Origin: Arenicellales bacterium
GTDB lineage: Bacteria; Pseudomonadota; Gammaproteobacteria; Arenicellales; JAJDZL01
DNA length: 64,000 nucleotides
Assembly (NCBI GenBank): GCA_965202615.1
Contig: OZ241837.1
Span: forward strand, 59,656-123,655
Direction: 5' to 3'
A model generated the notes under the pieces. The model was not told the DNA's origin. It saw only the letters and a program-made list of their open reading frames with translations, and made no database searches. Positions 20,781 through 31,324 of this stretch are shown here, piece by piece. Each line of letters starts with the position of its first letter. Within the stretch, counting starts at the first letter, position 1. The translations under genes and the position numbers were made by a program.

Positions 20781-21590
20781 ATGCGCATTCGGATTGCCTC
20801 AATCAGCACCTTAGTTGTGGCGCTGATCTGCTTGTACTCTACCCATTCGACTCTCCTTGCTCAACAACAGACACCTGAAGAGAAGGGGCTGGCGATTGCG
20901 CGTGAAGCCAGCGCGCGCAATGACGGTTTTGGGGACTTCACCGCCCAGATGACGATGATTCTGCTTGACCGGCTAGGTCAGGAGACGGTCCGTCAGATGC
21001 GCTTCAAGGTGCTGGAGGTTCAAGGGGATGGTGACAAGAGTCTGTTTGTGTTCGATCAACCGAAAGACGTCAAGGGGACCGCCTTGCTGACCCATGTTCA
21101 CATCAACTCACCGGACGACCAGTGGCTGTATCTGCCGGCCCTCAAAAGAGTGAAGCGCATCAATGCCGCGAAGCGTTCGGGATCATTCATGGGCAGCGAA
21201 TTTTCCTACGAAGACATGAGTTCTCCAGAGGTGGATGAATTCACTTATAAGTATCTTCGCGACGAGTCATGTGGGGAGTTGACTTGCACCGTGACCGAGC
21301 AATTCCCCCTGGACAAGAAATCGGGCTACAGTCGCAAGGTCGTGTGGCAAGATTCGGTTGAGCTTCGTACCTGGAAAATGGAACTTTACGATCGAGGGGG
21401 ATCCCATCGAAAAACGCTCACGTTTGCAAACTATCAACAATATCTGGATCAGTACTGGCGAGCGGGAGAGCAGACGATGGTCAATCACCTGACCGGTGCG
21501 AGCACGGTACTCGAATGGACCGATTTCAAGTTCCGCACCAACCTTGACGAAAGAGAATTCACACAAACCGGACTGAAGCGAGTGCGCTGA
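20781..21590 (+). CDS. Outer-membrane lipoprotein-sorting (LolA-like) protein
   Basis: Signal peptide; F-QPKDVKGTALL, DDQWLYLPALKRVKRI, FMGSEFSYEDM. Confidence 0.88.
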   Translation: MRIRIASISTLVVALICLYSTHSTLLAQQQTPEEKGLAIAREASARNDGFGDFTAQMTMILLDRLGQETVRQMRFKVLEVQGDGDKSLFVFDQPKDVKGTALLTHVHINSPDDQWLYLPALKRVKRINAAKRSGSFMGSEFSYEDMSSPEVDEFTYKYLRDESCGELTCTVTEQFPLDKKSGYSRKVVWQDSVELRTWKMELYDRGGSHRKTLTFANYQQYLDQYWRAGEQTMVNHLTGASTVLEWTDFKFRTNLDEREFTQTGLKRVR

Positions 21591-21674
21591 TGCAACTTGG
21601 CGGCCTGTCCAGTAACCCCCATTTCTCCATGCCCAGTAAAATACTGTTATCAACACTTGTAGAGAGAATGTGCA

Positions 21675-22952
21675 ATGATAGCGCCGGGCAGCAAATCCCT
21701 GAAAAAGATCGCTGTGATCGGACGAGGAACAGCGGGGTCCTTGGCAGCTGCCAACGTATCTCGTTTACTCTCCAATAACGACTGCGAATTACACCATATC
21801 TACGACTCTCGCATCCCCATCATTGGTGTTGGCGAAGGGAGTTGGCCAAGTCTCGTTCAACATTTGCAGCACCTGACGAATCTACCTGACGATACGGTTC
21901 AACAGAACTTGAACGCAACCCGTAAATACGGTGTCGCGTTCGAAGGATGGGGCGAGAACAAACACGACTTCATCCACTATTTCATGCCCCGGGATAAGTC
22001 CTACGCCTACCATTTGTCTGCCGATCTCATGGGAGACCTCCTGCAAGAGTGCACGCACGCCCAACACATCGACGCGCAGGTGCTGAATATCACCCGAGTC
22101 GAAAACGGTGCGCAGGTGGAATTTGAAGGCCGGATTCCAGAGCGCTATGACCTGGTTTTTGATGCTCGCGGGTTCCCCAAAGAACTCGACTCGAAACAGC
22201 ATATCGACATCAATTTCATCCCCACCAACACGGCTGTCATCCGACGTTGTCCGGCAATTGTCAAGGCAGAGCAGAACGGGGGACCGGTTATTCAACACAC
22301 CTACACCCGTGCAGTGGCGCGTCCGCACGGATGGATATTTGTGATTCCACTGACGGTGCACACATCCTATGGGTACATCTTCAACGGCGATGTATCCACT
22401 CTTGCCGATGTCGAATCGGATTTTGACGCGTTTTTTGAAGCCGATGGCGTGGTGGAATTTGAGAAACGGGCCGTGATTCAATTCCCGAATTTCATTCATC
22501 GCCAGATATACGATGGAACGGTTGCCCGCATCGGCAACGCGGCGGCTTTCATGGAGCCACTCGAAGCAACCGCAATCGTATCCGCCCAGTTGCAGATCGG
22601 CATGGTGCTTCAAACCCGATATCACCGCCCGATAGAATATCTTGAGCGCGATGCGCCAATGGTCAATCGATTTCTGGTCAACAACATGGTCTGCTACGGC
22701 CTGTTCGTCGGCTGGCACTATTGCCGCGGCTCCATTTTCGAAAGCGAATTTTGGCGTCGTGCCCGTGACCACGTCTGGCCGCAACACCGTGAAGCCGCGA
22801 TCCCTGAGCTTGTCGATTGCGATGCACTTCGCAAGTTCGACGAGATGATCAAACTGATCGGCCAGCCGAACCTCGACTCGGCGGACTTGAACAGGATGTG
22901 CGGAGTTCCCGCTACCAGTTACACCCAAATGTCCCAAGGCCTCGGTTGTTGA
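21675..22952 (+). CDS. srpI: Flavin-dependent tryptophan-halogenase family enzyme (peptidyl brominase SrpI-like)
   Basis: GRGTAG, IGVGEGS, catalytic-Lys region ATRKYGVAFEGW, GWIFVIP (WxWxIP variant), FMEPLEAT; clustered with the LCCCW precursor. Confidence 0.85.
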   Translation: MIAPGSKSLKKIAVIGRGTAGSLAAANVSRLLSNNDCELHHIYDSRIPIIGVGEGSWPSLVQHLQHLTNLPDDTVQQNLNATRKYGVAFEGWGENKHDFIHYFMPRDKSYAYHLSADLMGDLLQECTHAQHIDAQVLNITRVENGAQVEFEGRIPERYDLVFDARGFPKELDSKQHIDINFIPTNTAVIRRCPAIVKAEQNGGPVIQHTYTRAVARPHGWIFVIPLTVHTSYGYIFNGDVSTLADVESDFDAFFEADGVVEFEKRAVIQFPNFIHRQIYDGTVARIGNAAAFMEPLEATAIVSAQLQIGMVLQTRYHRPIEYLERDAPMVNRFLVNNMVCYGLFVGWHYCRGSIFESEFWRRARDHVWPQHREAAIPELVDCDALRKFDEMIKLIGQPNLDSADLNRMCGVPATSYTQMSQGLGC

Positions 22953-22977
22953 GTCGCGCATTGCAGGCAGTTGCGCA

Positions 22978-25293
22978 ATGACAAATGAACAATTCGCAAA
23001 GCGATTTATCGAACGAGTGCTCGCTGCTCGGTGGTGGGTTATTCTAGCCACGCTGGCCTTGGTTGCAATAGCCGCCAGTGGTATTGTCAAGCTCGAATTC
23101 TCCGCCAACTATCGAATTTTTTTCGACGACGACAATCCGCAGCTGCTGGCGCTGGAAAAGCTGGAACAGACTTATGGCAAAAATGAAAACATCGTATTCC
23201 TGATTGTTCCGCACGACGGCGACGCCACCTCGCAAAACGCGCTGTCGGCCGCAACCTGGCTGACAGACGCCGCTTGGTTTGCGCCCTACGCGAGACGCGT
23301 TGACTCGCTCGCCAATTTTCAGCACACAACCGCCGAGGGTGACGATCTTTACGTGCGAGATCTCGTGGACCCGCAAGAACTGGACCGGCCCGAAGTGCGG
23401 TTGCTGGTTCGTGAAATCGGGTTGTCGGACCCGCGTATTGCTGGCAGTGTTCTGGGCAGGAACGGCGACGTGAGTGTTGTAAACGTCACAGTTGAACTGC
23501 CGCAGGAAGGTCTTTTGGACGCGGTCGCCGAGGTTTCCCAGTTTGCGAGATCACTGGCTGCAGAGGCGGAACAGCAGTTTTCCGGCATCGATCTTCGCAT
23601 CGTCGGTACGGTCATGATCAACCAAACCTTCGTGGAAGCTTCGATCAGCAGCCAGAAGATTTTTCTGCCGGTCAGTCTCGTGCTCATGGCCCTGATCCTT
23701 GGAATCCTTACCCGCAGCTGGGCCGGGGTTCTGTCAACAGGAATGGTCATCGTGTTTTCCATTCTTGCATCTATGGGTCTTGGCGCATGGGTTGGCTTGC
23801 CCTTCTCCCCGCCTATTTCACCGGCACCGACGATCGTGCTGATGATCGTCGTGGCCAACTGCGTACACCTGCTTGTGGCATTGCGACAGCGTCTGCAAGC
23901 GGGTGAACCCAAGCACGATGCCATCGTCGAGGCGATTAAGCTTAACCTGTACCCGATTTTCCTGGCAAGTCTGACGACAACGCTTGGATTTTTGAGCATG
24001 AACTTCTCCGAAGTGCCGCCTTATCGACATCTCGGCAACTTTGTCGCCTTCGGCATCGTCTCCTCTTTCATTCTCTCCGTCACATTTTTGCCGGCCCTGC
24101 TTTCACTTCTTCCCGCGGGTTCTGCCAAGAAACGCCAGCTGCGCGGGCCAAAAATGCGCCTGATTGCCGAGTTTTCCATGCACCACCGGAAGTTCCTGTT
24201 TTGGGGATGGCTGGTGTTTGTGATTGCAATGATTGCGGCCATTCCGCGCAACGAACTTAACGATGTTCTTGTGCATTTCTTCAACGAGAGCGTTGAGTTT
24301 CGACAGGACACCGATTTCATGGACGAGCACCTGAGCGGAAACACGCTGCTGGAGTATTCGCTGCGAGCATCAGCCGAAGGGGGAGTGACGGACCCGCTTT
24401 TTCTTGCCGAGGTTTCGAGCTTTGCCAAGTGGTATCGTCAGCAACCGCCTGTGCGCCATGTATCGGTTATTACCGATACCTTTCGGCAACTCAACATGAG
24501 CATGCATGGCGATGACCCGGATTTCTACCGACTGCCGGAAAGTCAGGAACTGACAGCGCAGTATCTGCTCCTTTATGAACTCTCGCTGCCCGAGGGTTTG
24601 AATTTGAACAACCAGATAGACAGGTCCCGTTCGGCCACGCGGGTGTCGGTCTCTGCCGAGACACTTGATTCGCAAGAACTGCTTGAACTGAATGCGCGGG
24701 CCGAAGCCTGGTTGAACGAAAACGCCACGCATGTCGCCAGCGTCAACAGCACCGGACCTGCAGCGCTGTTCGCCTACATTGGCCAACGCAACATTCGCGC
24801 GATGCTGATCGGAACGGTGGTCGTACTCATCGCCATTTCCACGATTCTCCTTTTCGCCTTGCGATCACTGCGAATCGGTTTGATCAGCATCATTCCCAAC
24901 TTGATTCCCGCAGCGGCAGGCTTTGGAATCTGGGGGCTGACGGTTGGACAGGTGGGACTGTCGCTATCTGTTGTCGTGGCCATGACCGTCGGCATTGTTG
25001 TGGATGATACGGTGCATTTTCTCAGCAAGTATCTCCGTGCGAGACGCGAATACGGCCGGAGTGTTGAACAAGCGGTGTTTTATGCCTTTGAAACTGCGGG
25101 GCAAGCCCTGTTCACGACGACGATCGTTTTAGTTGCGGGATTTCTGATTTTCGCATTTTCTCCATTCATCCCGACCGCGCAGGTCGGAGTGTTGACCGCA
25201 ATGATCATTGCCTTTGCGCTCGTCGCAGACCTGACACTCCTGCCTGCATTGCTAATTACGATAGACCGGGGTTCCAGGTCGCCTAAGCAATAA
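22978..25293 (+). CDS. MMPL/RND-family transporter
   Basis: Two repeats of periplasmic domain plus TM bundle; SLTTTLGFLS, GIVVDDTVHFL, ALVADLTLLPALL. Confidence 0.9.
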   Translation: MTNEQFAKRFIERVLAARWWVILATLALVAIAASGIVKLEFSANYRIFFDDDNPQLLALEKLEQTYGKNENIVFLIVPHDGDATSQNALSAATWLTDAAWFAPYARRVDSLANFQHTTAEGDDLYVRDLVDPQELDRPEVRLLVREIGLSDPRIAGSVLGRNGDVSVVNVTVELPQEGLLDAVAEVSQFARSLAAEAEQQFSGIDLRIVGTVMINQTFVEASISSQKIFLPVSLVLMALILGILTRSWAGVLSTGMVIVFSILASMGLGAWVGLPFSPPISPAPTIVLMIVVANCVHLLVALRQRLQAGEPKHDAIVEAIKLNLYPIFLASLTTTLGFLSMNFSEVPPYRHLGNFVAFGIVSSFILSVTFLPALLSLLPAGSAKKRQLRGPKMRLIAEFSMHHRKFLFWGWLVFVIAMIAAIPRNELNDVLVHFFNESVEFRQDTDFMDEHLSGNTLLEYSLRASAEGGVTDPLFLAEVSSFAKWYRQQPPVRHVSVITDTFRQLNMSMHGDDPDFYRLPESQELTAQYLLLYELSLPEGLNLNNQIDRSRSATRVSVSAETLDSQELLELNARAEAWLNENATHVASVNSTGPAALFAYIGQRNIRAMLIGTVVVLIAISTILLFALRSLRIGLISIIPNLIPAAAGFGIWGLTVGQVGLSLSVVVAMTVGIVVDDTVHFLSKYLRARREYGRSVEQAVFYAFETAGQALFTTTIVLVAGFLIFAFSPFIPTAQVGVLTAMIIAFALVADLTLLPALLITIDRGSRSPKQ

Positions 25294-25581
25294 CTATGCA
25301 GATTCAGGCATTTTGAAAGCAGGACTTATACGACCGCGAAATGCTGACAACTGGAAGCGGTTGTGACTTGAATTTCGGCAACCTTGAGCCACTTCTTCCG
25401 TTGCAGTGCATGCGGCTTAGCCAAACCTGGCCGGAATTTGGAATATTGACCTTGGTCGGACTGACCTGAGCGCAATTTCAGGAAAGCGCCAATCAGTCGG
25501 CCAAGAGATGCCCGCAAAATTCTCCCTTTTTGCCAATGCTTATAATCTATTCATACAAATTATCAGCACTTTGACACGACT

Positions 25582-26133
25582 GTGTTCAACAACCCGTTAA
25601 ATTCTTTCCATGACACAGTTGCCGAAGCCAAGGACGAGCGTGAGCAACTTGACCGATTACTGACTATCTCCACACCGCGGGAACGTCTGCTTATCGTTGT
25701 TATCGCGATTTTTCTTGCCCTCTTCACAGCATGGCTCTTGCTCGGGAATGCCGCCCGCAGCCTGGCGGTTGACGGTGTCGTGGTCGGGCCCGGTGACAAC
25801 CTGTCAGAGAACCGCCCGGCTGTGCAGGTGCTTATCGCAAGCAAGACAGAGGATGTATCGCATTTCAAGGTCGGAACGTCGGCACAAATAGAACTGAGCC
25901 TGTCCGACGGCAAAGTTAAAACACTGGTTGGAGAGGTCATTTCCATAACCGCTGCACACTTGTCTGAGGATTTGGCCGCGTTTGACTCCTCGGTACCGTT
26001 GTCTTTGCACCGGATAAACATGTCAATTGATGAAATCCTTGATTTTGCTTCAATTTCTGGCCTGAAGTGCCGGATTGTCTTTCAACTTGAAGAACAATCT
26101 CCAATCTCTGTGCTGCTGAATCGGCAAAATTAA
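25582..26133 (+). CDS. Short NHLP-system secretion accessory (HlyD/MFP-like) protein
   Basis: EQLDRLLTISTPRERL plus TM helix and C-terminal SPISVLL are typical of NHLP secretion proteins; the central coiled coil is absent. Confidence 0.65.
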   Translation: MFNNPLNSFHDTVAEAKDEREQLDRLLTISTPRERLLIVVIAIFLALFTAWLLLGNAARSLAVDGVVVGPGDNLSENRPAVQVLIASKTEDVSHFKVGTSAQIELSLSDGKVKTLVGEVISITAAHLSEDLAAFDSSVPLSLHRINMSIDEILDFASISGLKCRIVFQLEEQSPISVLLNRQN

Positions 26134-26174
26134 GTTGCTCCGAACACCCCTGGTGTAGCAGGGATCATGCTATC

Positions 26175-28343
26175 TTGAACAACTTGAAACGAAAAATCAC
26201 GACGCCAATACTGTTGCAGATGCATGCATCCGAATGCGGTGCTGCCTGCCTGGGAATTGTTTTGGCGTACTTCGGCCGCTGGGTGACGCTGACCGAATTG
26301 CGAGAAAAGTGTGAAGTCAGCCGAGATGGCAGCAGTGCGGCGAGCATCGTGCGCGCCGCCAGACACTATGGTCTGAACTGCTCCGGACTGAGCGTGAGAG
26401 CTGAGTGGCTGAAAAAGCTGGAGTTGCCGCTTATTGTGTTCTGGCAATTCAGTCATTTCGTGGTGCTCGAAGGGTTCGATGGAAATCATTTTTTTATCAA
26501 TGACCCGGCCACGGGGCGGCGCAGCCTTTCCGCCGAAGAGTTTCTGACGAGCTACAGCGGCATTGCCCTTCGATTCGAGCGCACCGACGATTTCACCCCC
26601 GGCGGTAAGCCATCGAGTTTGTTCAAACAACTGCAAAAGTTGCTTGCGGGAACAACGGGTGCGCTGACTTGGGTCATTGCCTGTGGAGTTATGTTGACAT
26701 TGCTGGCGCTTGTCATCCCCGCAACGCTCAGTGTTTTCGTGGACGATGTGCTGGAAAACCATGGACCTTGGGGTGGCTTGGTGACCGCCCTGCTTGGCGG
26801 TGGGGTGCTTGCATACATCCTGTCTTTGCTCAAGCACCGATTTCTGAAACGTCTTCAAATTCGAATTTCAGTGATCGGCTACACCCGCAATTTATCGCGG
26901 CTGCTGCGGTTGCCGGTTGATTTTTTTCAGCACAGACTGGTCGGTGACCTGACTGACCGGGTATCTTCAATAGACAGAATTTCGAAGAACCTGACGGAAC
27001 AGTTTCTGGTGCTGATGATCGACATGGCAATGAGTGTGGTGTTGCTGGTCGTCATGTTCACATACGATGTCCTGCTCACGGCGGTTGTGCTGCTGCTGGC
27101 CGTCATACACGGGTTGCTGGCTCATTTTCTCAACGCGCCTCGCACGGTACGAAGTCAGACGATGAGACGCGAGCAGGGATTGCTGATTGGACTTGGCATG
27201 CAGATGCTGAGTCATATAGACAATCTGCGCATGACGGGGGCGGATGACCGATTCTATTCTCGCTGGTGCGGTCAGCAGGCCCGTGAACTGCATGCCCGTC
27301 AGCTTTTTTCGGAACTCGGTTCCGTCTATTCCGCACTGCCGGGTACGATAGAAATTTTTCGCAGTGCCGCAGTCTGCGGCATCGGCGGGAGCCTGGTCCT
27401 GGCAGGGCACATGACCCTGGGGACATTGGTTGCATTCTATATCCTGGCAGAGTTGTTTCTGACACCAGTCGGACGTTTTGTGGAGCTGGCCACCAAACGT
27501 CGGGCGCTTGAAACCGATTTGCAAAGACTGGACGACATTTCCAAATCCACACAAGATCCCGTCTACAGCCGTCGAAGCGAGCAGCTTGAGTCAATCCAAA
27601 CACTCGATGGCCGTCTCCAGCTGACCGGTCAGCTCGAACTGAAAAACGTGACATTCGGGTTCAACAAGAGCCGGCAGCCGTTGATCAAGGACTTTAATCT
27701 CGCGATTAAACCGGGGCAGCGAGTGGCCTTGATTGGTCCCAGCGGGTCCGGCAAGTCAACCTTGGCGCGTCTTATCTCGGGAGCGTATCAGCCTTGGTCA
27801 GGCGAAATCCTTTTCGATGGCTATCCAAGGGATGAGGTTCCAGAGGAAGTCATGCGACAGTCCATATCCATGGTGGATCAGGAAATTGCGTTATTTGCAG
27901 CGTCTTTGCGCGACAACATTACCTTGTGGAACTCCGCCATTCCGGATGAAGCCATTTTCGCGGCGACACGCGATGCCCAGATTCATGACGAAATCCTGCT
28001 GAGAGCGCAGGGATACTCGACACTCGTAGAGGAAGGCGGGTTGAATTTCAGTGGCGGTCAGCGACAGCGGCTGGAAATTGCCCGCGCATTGGTGGGAAAC
28101 CCGACAATGCTGATTCTCGATGAGGCCACCAGCGCCCTTGATGCCGCTACCGAGGAGCATGTCGACGATGCCTTGCGACGCCGCGGGATCACCTGCCTGA
28201 TCGTAGCACACCGTCTGAGCACCGTACGAGACTGCGATGAAATCATCGTTCTTGAGAAAGGTGTCACCGTGCAACGAGGCACGCACGACGAATTGATTGG
28301 CGATCGCGACGGCGTCTACTGCAAGTTGGTCAAGTCAAGCTGA
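26175..28343 (+). CDS. NHLP export ABC transporter with C39 peptidase (PCAT)
   Basis: LQMHASECGAACL (catalytic Cys), HFVVLEG..NDP, Walker [26 protein letters not shown]. Confidence 0.93.
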   Translation: MNNLKRKITTPILLQMHASECGAACLGIVLAYFGRWVTLTELREKCEVSRDGSSAASIVRAARHYGLNCSGLSVRAEWLKKLELPLIVFWQFSHFVVLEGFDGNHFFINDPATGRRSLSAEEFLTSYSGIALRFERTDDFTPGGKPSSLFKQLQKLLAGTTGALTWVIACGVMLTLLALVIPATLSVFVDDVLENHGPWGGLVTALLGGGVLAYILSLLKHRFLKRLQIRISVIGYTRNLSRLLRLPVDFFQHRLVGDLTDRVSSIDRISKNLTEQFLVLMIDMAMSVVLLVVMFTYDVLLTAVVLLLAVIHGLLAHFLNAPRTVRSQTMRREQGLLIGLGMQMLSHIDNLRMTGADDRFYSRWCGQQARELHARQLFSELGSVYSALPGTIEIFRSAAVCGIGGSLVLAGHMTLGTLVAFYILAELFLTPVGRFVELATKRRALETDLQRLDDISKSTQDPVYSRRSEQLESIQTLDGRLQLTGQLELKNVTFGFNKSRQPLIKDFNLAIKPGQRVALIGPSGSGKSTLARLISGAYQPWSGEILFDGYPRDEVPEEVMRQSISMVDQEIALFAASLRDNITLWNSAIPDEAIFAATRDAQIHDEILLRAQGYSTLVEEGGLNFSGGQRQRLEIARALVGNPTMLILDEATSALDAATEEHVDDALRRRGITCLIVAHRLSTVRDCDEIIVLEKGVTVQRGTHDELIGDRDGVYCKLVKSS

Positions 28344-31285
28344 TGCAGGGTTCAAATCCTAAACCGACCTCAATCGCGCAAGTTGCAGCTCGCACCGGCG
28401 AATCGGTGCTCTGTGCCGGAAACCTGCCGATCAGTCTTGATGATCCGGACAGTGTCTGGTTCATTGACCAGGGCCGCGTCAATATTTTCCTGATCGAACT
28501 CAAAGACGGAACGGAACAGGCGGCGCCGCAACACCTGATGACCCGAGAGTCCGGCTGGCTGCTGCCGGGTGTCGCACCGGACAGGCAAACCAAAGACGGC
28601 GGCACTACACTCCACCTGGTGGCTAAGGGACAAAGAGGCACACTGTTGAAACGGATGCCGGCAGCCGCATTATCGGAGGTCGATTCTGCAGAACTGGGGG
28701 AACAAATCGATACCTGGCTGACCGAATTTACCGACACTCTTTCGCGTCTGACCAAGCCGCTTCCGCGTCCGACTGAACTGGCTGAACCCGGTGAGATGCA
28801 GGTGTCTGCCCCCTGCACGCTGTCTGTACGGCGCGGCGTAGTCTGGACTTCCGTACCGCCTCCGAGTACGGTCCTGTTCATGGACCTCGTCAGCCAGGCG
28901 GACATTTCCCAAGCCAGTGGACCAGAAGAAGCCATGCTGCCGCTAACACGGACAAGTTGGATCAAACTGTTCGAGTGCGCAACGCTGACCGGCCAATCAT
29001 CTGAAACACTGGCGCAACAGAACATGCTGATGCCAGCACTTGCTGCCTTTCACACGGTCGCATTGAAGTTGGAACGCTTGAATCGCCGGCTTGCGGTGGC
29101 TGATGATGTGAACCTGGAACGTGCGCGGACGGCCAGTCGCCGAACCGCAGAGAAGGCCGCGCGGCAACGGCTGTACAACATTTATGACCTGCCGATTGAT
29201 CAAGATTTCAAGGTTGAAGATACGACTTTGGCGGACGCCCTGCAAGTGATTGGTCGACATGAAAAAATAGACTTCAAATTCCCGACTCGATCAGAAGATG
29301 CCAATGATCTGATGGGGCTTTTTGACGTGCTGACTGCCTCAGGGGTCCGCGCTCGACGCGTTAGATTCAAAGCCGAGGGCAAGTGGTGGTGGAGCGACAG
29401 CAACGCATTGCTGGCATTTCGCGCGGAAAACAATCAGCCCGTCGCATTGCTGCCAGGAAGATTCGGGCGTTACCGGGCATTCGATCCTGTAAGCCAACGC
29501 ACGGTTCGGGTTACGGCCGAACGCGCCGCCACGCTGAAGGATGAAGCGTGGATGTTCTATCGCCCGTTGCCGGCAGGCCACATGGAACCATCAGAACTGT
29601 TGAAATTCGCACTGCACGGTTCGGCCGCAGATATTCTACGGTTGATATGTGTTGGACTCCCTTACGGCCTGATCAGGCTGTTGCCGGCACTCGCACTCGG
29701 AGTTGTTGCAAACCAGTTAACCGCGGGAGGAGGCTCTGAAACGCTCTACATGCTGGCTATGGTGCTGGCCGGTTTCGGCCTCCTTGGCGGACTGCTGCAT
29801 ATGCTGCAAAGCATGACAATGGCACGCCTTGAAGGACGTGCAGCTTCCCGCATCGAAGCGGCTTTCTGGGATTATCTCATGCGCCTTCCATCAAGCGTGC
29901 TAAACCGCTATCCGGCCGGTGACCTGGCCATGTCCGGCATGTCCTTCCAAAATATCCGTGATGGCTTGCAAGGTGTGGTCGCCGACAGTTTCCTATCGAT
30001 AATATTTTTGCTTCCGGTGTTTGGCGTCATCTTTTTCTACGACGCCACCCTTGGAAGCGTTGCTCTCGCATTCAGTCTGGTTTCGCTGCTTGTCACGGTT
30101 GTCATTGGACTGCGTCAAATTTCACCTTATGCGAGAATGGCCGGTGCAAGTCGCCGCGTCGCGGGTCGTTTGTTCCAGATCATCGGCGGCATCACCAAGT
30201 TGCGTGTGGAAAACGCGGAAGGCTCCGCTTTCGCGAACTGGGCCAAAGATTACCGCGAGCAGAAACACGCCGAAATCGAACTCGGCGCGCTCGACGTGCA
30301 TTCCCGGGCATTCAGTGCCGCACTTCCGTTTCTGGCTGGTGCAGTATTGCTCTTCGCGGTGATGGCGGGAGGCAATCGAAATGTACCGGTTGGTGATTTT
30401 CTCGTCGTTTACACGGTCTTCATCATTTTTCAATCGTCCATCGCCCGGCTCGGTGAGTCTTTCGGCATCATTGCTTCCATGCTGCCGGTGTTCGATCAAA
30501 TGCGACCGCTGCTGACAGCAGCTCGCGAAACTCAATCCGAAGGAGAACCCGTTGATTATCTGGGCGGTGATGTTCTATTCGATCGCATTTCATTCCGTTA
30601 CGAATCCGACGGTCCGATGGTTCTGGATGATGTGACCATTCATGCCCGTCGTGGCGAGTTCATTGCAATTGCAGGCGAGTCCGGTGCCGGCAAAAGCACC
30701 TTGTTCCGACTCGCGCTGGGAATAGACCGGCCGGCAGCCGGCGCAGTCTTTTACGACGGACGGGATCTGCGGCACCTCAATTTGAAACAGGTGCGCCAGA
30801 AAATTGGTGCGGTACCGCAGTCGGTTGGTCTCCATCCCCAGGATCTTTGGGACAATATCGTCAGTCACCACGAGGACGTGACGAATAACGACGTATGGTA
30901 TGCGACCCGAATTGCCGAAGTTGAAAAAGAGATCAAAAGCATGCCAATGGGCATGATGACCATGGTCGGCACCAGCGGTTCGGTTCTGTCCGGCGGCGAA
31001 AGGCAGCGGGTCACGATTGCCCGTTCAGTGCTCGGCAATCCGCAAATCATGCTGTTTGACGAAGCGACCAACTGGCTGGATAACGAAAACCAGGCCCAGG
31101 TTATGAAAAATCTCACCACATTGACCTCCACTCGAATCGTCATTGCCCACCGGCTGTCAACGCTGGAACAGGCTGATCGAATTTACGTGATGCAGGCCGG
31201 AAGCGTGGTTCAATGCGGCCCCTTCAAAGAACTCATGGCGGTCGAAGGCGTATTCAAAGAACTCGTCAAAAGGCAGATCGCCTGA
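28343..31285 (+). CDS. NHLP export ABC transporter permease/ATPase (second subunit)
   Basis: N-terminal LDDPDSVWFI cNMP-like region, GESGAGKST, LSGGERQR, FDEATNWLD; TGATG overlap with the upstream gene. Confidence 0.9.
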   Translation: MQGSNPKPTSIAQVAARTGESVLCAGNLPISLDDPDSVWFIDQGRVNIFLIELKDGTEQAAPQHLMTRESGWLLPGVAPDRQTKDGGTTLHLVAKGQRGTLLKRMPAAALSEVDSAELGEQIDTWLTEFTDTLSRLTKPLPRPTELAEPGEMQVSAPCTLSVRRGVVWTSVPPPSTVLFMDLVSQADISQASGPEEAMLPLTRTSWIKLFECATLTGQSSETLAQQNMLMPALAAFHTVALKLERLNRRLAVADDVNLERARTASRRTAEKAARQRLYNIYDLPIDQDFKVEDTTLADALQVIGRHEKIDFKFPTRSEDANDLMGLFDVLTASGVRARRVRFKAEGKWWWSDSNALLAFRAENNQPVALLPGRFGRYRAFDPVSQRTVRVTAERAATLKDEAWMFYRPLPAGHMEPSELLKFALHGSAADILRLICVGLPYGLIRLLPALALGVVANQLTAGGGSETLYMLAMVLAGFGLLGGLLHMLQSMTMARLEGRAASRIEAAFWDYLMRLPSSVLNRYPAGDLAMSGMSFQNIRDGLQGVVADSFLSIIFLLPVFGVIFFYDATLGSVALAFSLVSLLVTVVIGLRQISPYARMAGASRRVAGRLFQIIGGITKLRVENAEGSAFANWAKDYREQKHAEIELGALDVHSRAFSAALPFLAGAVLLFAVMAGGNRNVPVGDFLVVYTVFIIFQSSIARLGESFGIIASMLPVFDQMRPLLTAARETQSEGEPVDYLGGDVLFDRISFRYESDGPMVLDDVTIHARRGEFIAIAGESGAGKSTLFRLALGIDRPAAGAVFYDGRDLRHLNLKQVRQKIGAVPQSVGLHPQDLWDNIVSHHEDVTNNDVWYATRIAEVEKEIKSMPMGMMTMVGTSGSVLSGGERQRVTIARSVLGNPQIMLFDEATNWLDNENQAQVMKNLTTLTSTRIVIAHRLSTLEQADRIYVMQAGSVVQCGPFKELMAVEGVFKELVKRQIA

Positions 31286-31324
31286 TCCGACCCTAAGACA
31301 TGGCCAACAGAAGCAGGCTTTTCA

